Below are positions 54,502-64,000 of a DNA stretch of 64,000 nt, in pieces. Origin of the DNA: Catajapyx aquilonaris (lineage: Eukaryota); contig KZ538242.1 in the NCBI GenBank assembly GCA_000934665.2, positions 1 to 64,000 of the forward strand, given 5' to 3'. Below the pieces are notes generated by a model. It was not told the DNA's origin. It searched no databases and saw nothing but the letters and a program-made list of their open reading frames with translations. Both the position numbers and the translations under genes were made by a program. Within the stretch, counting starts at the first letter, position 1; every line of letters begins with the position of its first letter.

Positions 54502-57500
54502 ATGTCTCCAGTCACCCTGGAGTCTCTGATGGAAGTCTCTCTAGGCAACAGGAGGCTTCTGGAAGGGTTGATGTCACGAATGGACTGGTGCCAGGAGGCC
54601 ATCGGGAGGGTGGAAGGGTGGATGAAGAAGGAGAAGAAGCGTGGAAGGGAAGGTACGCATGAAGGAGGAACAAGGGCGTGTGGATCGGATATCAATGTGT
54701 CTTGCATTCCAGAAGGTGCTGCAGGCCAGTCCCTTCCCACCGAGTTTGTGTCTGTCGACACTGGAGACGCAGTCGGCGAGTCAATGCCTGCCTGTAACAT
54801 TGAAGAGGACATAAAAGCGGAGGAAGAGGATTGGGGAGCGGAGGAGGTGAGGTCAGCCGGGGATGCAGGTTTAGGTCCTGATAAACTGAAATCGAAAGTG
54901 TTTCAACTGTGTTAATCAATTGAATAAAATTTGTTCTTGCTTTTTAGGTGAGATGTTATAGAGACTTGGAGGCAGAGAAAGCCAAAAATTTCAGTGAAAT
55001 TGCGGCGCTTGTTGGCAATGTTGATTCAGAAGTTGGACATTCAGCAGGTATGACACATTCCTTAACGTCTTACATGCATGTTAGAAGGTATGTAGGCCTA
55101 CCGGAATGAAAACTATGCATTAATCAGTGCCAATTACAGTGTTGTTAATAATCCTATGAATAAGTTTCATATTTTGCTGGGCATGAACCTTGTCCTGAAT
55201 TAACTAGGAAGTATCATCTGGACCAAGCAGGAATATACAGTCCGAGGTGTTCAGAGCTGTTTAGGGTTCATCTTTACCCCCTTTTGGAGTCAAACTGGAT
55301 ATGCGTAACTGACCCCCTTCTGTGTGCCATCTGACTTCCATTTTTCTGTTTGCACTTGCAGGTGGAGATGATTCCTCACCTGATCTTCCAATCAATGAAG
55401 AATTTCATTCGTATGGGACTCAAGAGCTTCAACAGTGGGCATTGAAGCAGGCAACGGGCACGGAGAGTGAGTCATGGCCTCAGGTATGGTCATTTCTTGT
55501 TTACTTGAGGAAATGGAAGCCCAAATTGGCTCACTTCAGCTAATCTTATTCCGAGCAAATGCATTCTATTCAGTTTCGATTTGTACAGCTGCTAATGCGA
55601 TTCTTGGATTTCCTCCTATTGTTATGGTACTGCATTTCTGACTATATGATTATGAATATCCATCTTTCTGGGATTTTTCCTCAGGTCTCCACTTCTGCAA
55701 CCTGGGAGAACGCTGAGTCCACCAAAGTTGAGGAGATTCCATTAGAGGCTAGTGTTTCACATTATGATTTAACACTTGGTCATCGTAAAGGAGTAAAGAG
55801 GAGGAATCAGTTTGCAGGAAGTGATGTGAATGTAACTTATGAGAAGAAGAGCAGATTCACTAATAGTCCTATTGAATATTTCAGGTTGATGAAACAGGAA
55901 AGGTTCAAGTCATTGACCTGACTTTGTGTGTGAATGACTCCAGGGATGAACATGTCCCATTTTTTCACTCAGCTGGTGATCCTGGTTGTGGATCAAGTCG
56001 GGAAAAAAACCAAAGGCCACAAAGGAAGGTATGTTTCTCATGGTGTTAAGTGAATCAGGGACCAAACCCAACTGCTTATGTGCCAACAAAGCTTAAGTGA
56101 CGTAGGGACACGTGATTCATCCCAATGAGTCACCACAGTTGGAAAAGTGCACTGGAGTGGAACTTCCCGACAAATACTGGAAAAGAGAGCGCCTATATTA
56201 AGAAGCGGATAACGGCGCTCTCTTGCACTCTCATCCGATGATGGGGCTATCCGGAGCCTGTCAGGTCGGATTGTAGAAATTGCAGTCAAGAAATTAAAAG
56301 GAACTAGGAAAACCCTCACTGCTCGCATTTTCCTAGGGCGCTGGCCTAGAAAACCACTCTCTTCGCTCGCTCTTTTCTAGGCCTGCGGCCTGCAGTGCCC
56401 ACCATATTTTCAATCGCTTCGGACTTATATTGCCAGTGATGATGCCCACCCGTTCCTCTGTGCATTCACATATCTGTGATTCCCTATCCTGCGACCAATC
56501 TGCAATCCCTCCTTTGCATTGGCTGGGAAATATACATTTTCCCATCGCAACATACCCGTACCTTTGCAATTTTGAAAAACCCAAATTTATTATTGTATGA
56601 ACAGAAATCCACAACCTCTACCGCCTCTACTCGCATGCACTCGCACATGTATCTAAATAATTATATGCACCCTTTCGGACCACATTTTTCTAACTGCTCA
56701 TAACTTCCCTTTATAAACAGCCAATGGAACTTGGCAGTGCCTGTATTAGATCAGTGGTTCCCAACCTGGGGGTCGCGAAGCCTTCTCCGTGGGGGTCGAG
56801 GGTGGCCGTGATTATTTTAATTCTATTCTCAGTTGTCAAGGATATTGCTATCTAATGAAGCATTTGAGACACTTCCCCCTTTCCTCTTCGCTGGTCGTAA
56901 AACCGCAAAATGAGATATTCCGATGTTTTAAATGTACTACTGTATACATATTCTGCTTTAAATAATATTTCATCGAAATTAGAAAATAATTCCCTAGATT
57001 TTTAGTGACCAGGTACTGACCCTTAGATTTTTAGTTTGTCTTCCGAAAAAAGTCTGTTATAATCTTTGTATGCGAGAAAAACTAACTTTTTTCGGACTTT
57101 GCTTTGTTTTAGCCATGCACAGACAATCTGCACCATGATAATCGGGAGTAGAGTGTAATGCCAGAGGGAACAGAACAAAATGTATTCGTGAAAGTAGTCA
57201 CCCGTTGCATTATCCCATGCACTTGAAAAATATCTAATCTACTTTCCCAATGGAACAATGGCCGAACTCCAAAATACAAATTTCGGCCCCTGCTTTGCAT
57301 GTGGGTCCTGGGGAGTGAAAATCGCAGGATAGGAGGCGATGGCGATTTCAGGCTTCTACCCTTTACTTCCGCATGTGTCCCTCAAATGGTTTACAAATTT
57401 AATCACCACCTGTGTCAGTTAACTCCCAGTGTATGACAGTTAAATTATGGGTACTCCATGTCTGATTTTATTATTACCGGTCTTCATTTATCTGTTATTT

Positions 57501-57982
57501 CGCTTCAGGCCTCCACTTTATCAACTTGGGAGACCACTGACTCTGTCAATGTTGAGAAGATCCCTTCAGAGGCAAGTGTTTCACATTATAATTTAGCACA
57601 TGGCCCTCGCAAAAGAGTAAAGAGAAAGAAGCTCTTTGCTGGAAGTCCTTTCTCTTGTGAAGTGTGTGATCGGAAGTTTTATAGGAAGAGATATTTGGAG
57701 GAGCACATGATGACCCACACTGTCAAGAAGCAGCATTCATGTGAAGCGTGTAAAAAATCCTTTACTCTACCCAGACATTTGAAGTATCACATGCAAATTC
57801 ACACCGGAGAAAGAGAGTTACACATTTGCTCCATTTGTGGCAAAGGGTCCGTGTCCAACTCTAAATTGGTTGAACATGTGAGGACTCACACTGGTGAGAA
57901 GCCCTTTTGTTGCGACATTTGCCAGAAGAAGTTTGCTCGTCGGGATGACTTAATAACCCACCACAAGAAATCCCACACATAA
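54502..57982 (+). CDS. Rearranged ZNF unit: head and linker exons, a ~1.3-kb foreign insertion, then a second exon 5 fused in frame to fingers 3-6 only
   Basis: ORFs 54403-54915 and 57458-57982. The junction gctctttgctggaagt|cctttctcttgtgaa joins intron sequence to finger 3. Confidence 0.6.
56095..57395. mobile_element. Composite foreign insertion, including a hAT-like end (CAGTGGTTCCCAACCTGGGG at 56752)
   Basis: Not homologous to any unit. It has short inverted ends agggacacgtg / catgtgtccct and no clear target-site duplication. Confidence 0.45.
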
Positions 57983-58739
57983 GCAATGCCATAGGGTTGT
58001 GCCACGTCTGATGAAACATTTGCTGCCATAACTCTTTGAAATCGCCATTGGTGTTATGCCTTCTTACAATCAGTGCAACTTGTGTCAGAACATGCATTTA
58101 TGCAGATCATACCTGAGGAAACATGTGAAAGTCATTCCCGATGGAAGATATGGTGTTGCATTATTTGTATTTCACTAAGCAAGATTATGCAGTCCCTTTA
58201 TGTTCATGATATCCATTCAAATACTTCATTTAATATTTTGTGGAGTGATCTCAGTGGATTGGGGCCATTAGTGCCATCCACGTTTCATGGCAAAGAGGAC
58301 TAACTGACTATTTATTTGGAAATAAATTGCGGTTGTGTGAATAACGCTATTGTTTCAGAGTTCAAAGTGGGAGGAATTACCTAATGTGTTGTATTTATTC
58401 TAGGTTTAGACAAAGGCTGCCTTTTCATGCTATGTAGCCATGGCAAGATTAATCCATCAAAATGCTTTCAACAATTATTAAATTCCATTGACAGCAGAGG
58501 TCGGAACGCACCCTACGAACTGTTTTTCCAAACGGCGATAGGAACACGCCCTCTTAAACCCTATCCAAGATGGCGACCGTCTCTTTCCGTTAAGAAGACT
58601 GTTCCTCTGAAGATTTCCTTCCATTTCCGCCTCCTTTGGACCCCCTTCCTTCAGATCCAACTCCAGGATTTGACTGGCATCATCTGGTCTTCCCTTACCG
58701 ACATCAAAACCTGTCTGGAGACAAAGAGGTGCACAAGCC

Positions 58740-61700
58740 ATGTCTCCAGTCACCCTGGAGTCTCTGATGGAAGTGTCTCTAGGCAACAGGAGGCTTCTGG
58801 AAGGATTGATGTCACGAATGGACTGGTGCCAGGAGGCCATCGGGAGGGTGGAGGGGTGGATGAAGAACAGAGGGAAGGAAGGTACGCATGACGCATATGA
58901 ACAAGGGTGTGCGTCTGATATTAATGTGTCTTGCATTCCAGAAGTTGCTTCAGGCCAGTCTCTTCCCACCGAGTTTGTTTCCGTCAACATTGAAGATGCA
59001 GGCAGCGAGTCATTGCCTGCGTGTAACATTGAAGAGGACATAAAAGTGGAGGAAGAGGATTGGAGAGCGGAAAAGGTGAGCACAGTGGGATGCAGGATTA
59101 GATGCTGATAAACTGAAATCAAAAGTGTTTTTTACCTTGTTAATCAATTGAATAAAATTTGTTCTTATTTATTTAGGGGAGATGTTATAGAGACTTGGAG
59201 GCAGAGACAGCCAAACGCATCAGTGAAATTGTTGCACTTGTTGGCAATGTTGATTCAGAAGGTGGACATTCAGCAGGTTTGACACATTCCTTAATGTCTT
59301 ACATGCATGTTAGAAGGAATGTAGGCCGACTGGAATTAAAACTATTCATTAATCTGTGCCAATTAGTATTGTTACCGTATTACCTCACATAAAGCAGGAT
59401 GCTGGTGTTGCTGAGGTCAACCAGGTTTTATAAATGCGCGATCTGGTGGCTATACCAGCATGCCGGTATAAGGTCAGGTTTTCACATAAGTTACATTGAC
59501 CTCGGTTCACACTCGCTGATGGTAGCACACAAAACGAACGAAACAGTACTGCGGACCAACTGTACTAGAAGCATTCCATTCAAAAATGACAAGGATCGAA
59601 ATTACGGAAATCTACCTCGGTTATTGCGGCATGCATGTGGGGTAATATGGTGATACTGAAGCACTGTATACAGAGGTGCATCAGATATTAATGCGTCTTG
59701 GATTTCGGGACTTGCTTCAGGCCAGTCCCTTCCCACCGAGTCTGTTTCTGTCAACACAAGAGGTGAAAGCAGCGAGTCAATGCCTGTGTGTAAGATTGAA
59801 GAGGATATAAAAGTGGAGGAAGAGGATAGGGGAGTGGAAAAGGTGCTTATAAACCGAAATCAAAAGTGACAGTAACCTTGTTAATCAATTGAATAAAATT
59901 TGTTCTTGCTTTTTAGAGGAGATGTTATAGAGACTTGGAGGCAGAGACAGCCAAAAACATCAGTGAAATTGCTGCGCATGTGAGCAATGTTGATTCAGAA
60001 GTTGGACATTCAGCAGGTATGACACATTCCTTAACGTCTTACATGCATGTTAGAAGGTATGTAGGCCTACCGGAATGAAAACTATGCATTAATCAGTGCC
60101 AATTACAGTGTTGTTAATAATCCTATGAATAAGTTTCATATTTTGCTGGGCATGAACCTTGTCCTGAATTAACTAGGAAGTTTCATCTGGACCAAGCAGG
60201 AATGTACTATCGGAGGTGTTCAGAGCAGTTTAGGTTTAATCTTTACCCCCTTTTGGAGTCAAACTGGATATGCGTAACAGACCCCCTTTTGTGGGCCATC
60301 TGACTTCCATTTTTCCGTTTGCACTTTCAGGTAGAGATGATTCCTCACCTGATCTTCCAGTCAATGAAGAATTTCATTTGTATGGGACTCAAGATCTTCA
60401 AGAGTGGACATTGAAGCGGACGACTGGCACGGAGAGTGAGTCATGGCCCCAGGTATGGTCATTTCTTGTTTACTTGTGGAAATGGAAGCAAAAATCGGCT
60501 CACTTCAGCTAATCTTATTCTGAGCAAATGCATTCTCTTCAGTTTCGATTTGTTAGCTGCTAATGCGATTCTTGGATTTCCTCCTATTGTTATGGTACTG
60601 CATTTCTGACTATATGATTATGAATATCCATCTTTCTGGGATTTTTCTTCAGGTCTCCACTTCTGCAACCTGGGAGAATGCTGAGTCCACCAAAGTTGAG
60701 GAGATTCCATTAGAGGCTAGTGTTTCACATTATGATTTAACACTTGGTCATCGTAAAAGAGTAAAGAGGAGGAATCAGTTTGGAAGAAGCGATGTGAATG
60801 GGACTTATGAGAAGAAGAGCAGATTCACTAATAGTCCTATTGAATATTTCAGGTCGATGAAACAGAAAAGTTTGAAGTCACTGACCTGACCTTGCGTGTG
60901 AATGACTCCAGTGATGAACATGTCCCATTTTTTCACTCAGCTGGTGATCCTGGTGGATCAAGTTGGGGAAAAACGCAAAGGCCACAAAGAAAGGTATGTT
61001 TCTCATGGTGTTAAGTGAATCAGGGACCAAACCCAACTGCTTATCTGCCAACAAAGCCCATAAGTGGCGTCTAAAACCGCCACTGTTTCTAGTCTTATAA
61101 AACGGCTGCACTGGCCCATAGATTCAATTTCATCGTGAGACTTGGGATTGATACCTGCATGTCTCCCTGAATGGTTCACTTTCATGTGCCATGTGACCTA
61201 CTTTATAACAATTAGCTCCCACAAAAGCCGTTCTCACCTACATTACTTTTGAATTCTTTGTAGTGCCAGCAACTAATGCAGCCCTCTGACCCAGAGAGTT
61301 CAAATGACACTGATGGCTTCTCTGCTGAGCACCAGGGGACTTCTGGTGCTTTGGGTACAGCTAAAGGTAAGGAGATGCCAGGAAATAAATGGCATCAGTG
61401 TGATCTATGCTCATATAAGACTCAAGACAGCGGACACTTGAAAAGGCATCAAATTAGTCACAGAAGTAGTGAAAAGCCTTTTGGTTGCACTGCTTGTGAA
61501 AAGAGATTTTCATCTAAGCAATACATGCAGTTGCATTATCAGGCTGTCCATCTTGGTGTTGCTCCTTTTTCTTGTGAAGTGTGCGATAAGAAGTATTTTG
61601 AGAAGAAGAAATTGGAAAAGCACAAGGCGACCCACACTGGCAAGAAGAAACTGCCATGTGGACTGTGTGAAAAATCCTTTACTCTGACTAGACATTTGCA

Positions 61701-61908
61701 GTATCACAGGCAACTTCACACCGGAGAAAGAGAGTTACACTTTTGTACTCAATGTGGCAGAGGGTTCGGCTACAAATCTCACTTGGTTGAACATGTGAGG
61801 ACTCACACTGGTGAGAAGCCGTATTCTTGTGACATTTGCCAGATGAAGTTTGCTCAACGTGGTACCTTAACTCAGCACAAGAGAACCCACACAGGAGCAA
61901 GGTCATAG
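58740..61908 (+). CDS. Head + six-finger ZNF gene with an internal duplication of exons 2-3 (second copy ~59675-60017)
   Basis: ORF 58740-59108, two copies of the DLEAETAK exon (~59178 and ~59918), and an intact terminal exon 61264-61908. Confidence 0.78.
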
Positions 61909-63016
61909 AGTTGCCCCATGTCTGACGAAACAATTTGCTTTGTTTGAGTTAATGCACATTGGTGTTAAGTCATTTCAGTGCAACTTGTGTCAGAAAATGT
62001 ATTCTTGCAGTTTTTACCAGAAAAAAAAACATGTAAAAGTCATTCCCCATTGAAGACATGAATTTGTACTATTTTTAAAGTTTGTGCTGATGAGAGTCAT
62101 TCAGATAATGTTATTTTGATATGTAGTTGACTTACATCCATGAGTTGATGTTGCTGTCTCAGGCAGGATTTCTTTTCTTTTTTAAAATAATTGTGGGGTA
62201 GTGCTTCTGACCCCTTCGGTATACAAGCACTTTGACCCTTTATTTATTTTTTACTGATCGGTCATATAATACCGACGTTACTTTTCATACTAAAACTGTG
62301 GAATTAATGTGTAAGCAATTAATTGAGTGACCATTACTGCCCTACACTTTCAAGTGCAAGGACTGGATCCTTTGCTTGCAGTGTGAACAATTGAAATATA
62401 ATATTATATCTGACAGTGAGTACCATCATTCTAGGATTAGCTATACCCACCTAATTGTTTGATAAGGAAATTTTTTTGCCATTCCAGTGTAGCTTAATTA
62501 AATTTAAAAAAATAACTATTCATGAGTTTATTCCTGCCACACATATACATTGAAGGTCAGAGAGAGAGTGACTGACTGTGATTGGCACACTTCATTGATA
62601 TGAAAATTTGCAAAAAAAAAAAAAAATCAATAAAAATATTCCATAAAAATTTCAGTGTCACTTGGGTCAATCGTTAAATTATGTCACACACTGGGTTATT
62701 AATGAACATTAATAAATTCAGAGAATTTTAAATATCTGGTGCAGCATTTCTAGTGGTTCTGTTTCCAACGCTGAACACACCGGTCGGAAGGCACCCTGCG
62801 AACTGTTTTTCAGTCGGCGATAGGAACACGCCCTCTGGAACCCTATCCAAGATGGCGACTGTCTTTTACCGTTAGAAGCACGTTCCTTTGAAGATTTCCT
62901 TCCATTTCCCCCTCCTTTTGGACCCCACTTCCTTCCCCTGTCCATCTCCCTTCTGATCCAGCATCATCTGGACCATATCATCCGAACATCTGAGGACTCT
63001 TAGAGGAGCACAAGCC

Positions 63017-63549
63017 ATGTCTCCAGTCACCCTGGAGTCTCTGATGGAAGTGTCTCTTGGCAACAGGAGGCTTCTGGAAGGGTTGATGTCACGAATGGAC
63101 TGGTGCCAGGAGGCCATCGGGAGGGTGGAGGGGTGGATGAAGAAGGAGAAGAAGCGTGGAAGGGAAGGTACGCATGAAGGAGGAACAAGGGTGCGCATCA
63201 GGAATTAATGCGTCTTGCATTCCAGAAGATGCTTCAGGCCAGCTGCTTCCCACCGAGTTTGTTTCCGTCAACATTGGACATGCAGGCAGCGAGTCATTGC
63301 CTGCGTCGTATAATGCTGAAAAAGAAATAAAAGTGGAGGAAGAGGATTGGGGAGTGGAGCAGGTGAGCGCATGAAGGATCACGCACTGATATACTAAAAA
63401 TTGAAAGCACCTGTAACTTAGTCAATTGAATAAAAAGCTTGTTCTTATATTTTTTAGGAGAGCTGTTATAGAGACTTGGAAGCAGAGACAGACAGAAACA
63501 GCTGTGAAATTACTGGAAATGTTAATTCAGAAGGTGGATATTCAGCAAG
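63017..63549 (+). CDS. 5' part of a further ZNF unit (head, exon 2, exon 3), running off the window end
   Basis: ORFs 63017-63208 and 63156-63374, plus exon 3 at ~63459. Candidate 22-nt intron at 63168-63189. Confidence 0.75.
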
Positions 63550-63728
63550 TATGACAAATTCTTTCCCACATGCATGTTAGAAGGTTTTCAGGACTATTCG
63601 ACATGAAGCCATGCTTTAATATGTGCCAATTGCGGTGTTGTTAATAATTCACCTAATAAGTTTCACATAAGCTGAGCATGAACCTTGACCTCAAAGTTGG
63701 GAAGTATCATTTGGACCAAGTAGGAATG

Positions 63729-63850
63729 CAGTAACCAAACACTCTTCAAGGGACTGCCCAAAAGTATGCGGGAAAATTGATCAAGGGACCGGAAAAAAGG
63801 GACGTTAAAAAAAGCACTAAATGCGGTAGCGTTATATCAAGGTTTTACTG
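63729..63850. mobile_element. Tc1/pogo-like MITE related to 42479
   Basis: cagtaa... gcgttatatcaaggttttactg|TA, inserted into the paralog-conserved aggaata|tactgtcaga. Confidence 0.6.
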
Positions 63851-64000
63851 TATATCGTCAGATGTGGTCAGCACACTTTCGAGTTAATCAGTGGATCTCC
63901 CCTCGGAGTCAAACTAGATGTACAGTCGCCGACATATTGATTGAATCACTTGCGAGCATCATTGCTCTGAATATCCAGGATAACGTTAGAAATCGGCTCG

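Overview
This is eukaryotic (metazoan, probably arthropod) genomic DNA. Almost the whole 64 kb is a head-to-tail, plus-strand tandem array of one multi-exon C2H2 zinc-finger gene family, with units of about 2-5 kb. The canonical unit has four parts. (1) A conserved promoter/5'UTR block (GGCGATAGGAACACGCCC...CCAATCCAAGATGGCG, YY1-like, overlapping a 7-codon uORF). (2) Exon 1, a highly conserved ~41-aa coiled-coil-like head (MSPVTLESLMEVSLGNRRLLEGLMSRMDWCQEAIGRVEGWM) that I do not recognise as KRAB, ZAD, SCAN or BTB. (3) Four or five short acidic linker exons carrying SUMO-site and SIM-like motifs, one followed by a GC-AG intron. (4) A terminal exon with six C2H2 fingers whose DNA-contact residues are hypervariable and appear shuffled between paralogs. 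I count 16 heads and 16 finger exons, but they do not pair one-to-one: some finger cassettes lack a head and some heads lack fingers, and their splice junctions are phase-compatible. Fossil fingers lie behind shared stop codons in the 3'UTRs. Introns and spacers hold many MITEs (Harbinger-, piggyBac- and Tc1/mariner-type), tRNA-derived SINEs, and decayed piggyBac and mariner transposases. All gene models were read by eye from splice signals and reading frame, with no expression evidence.
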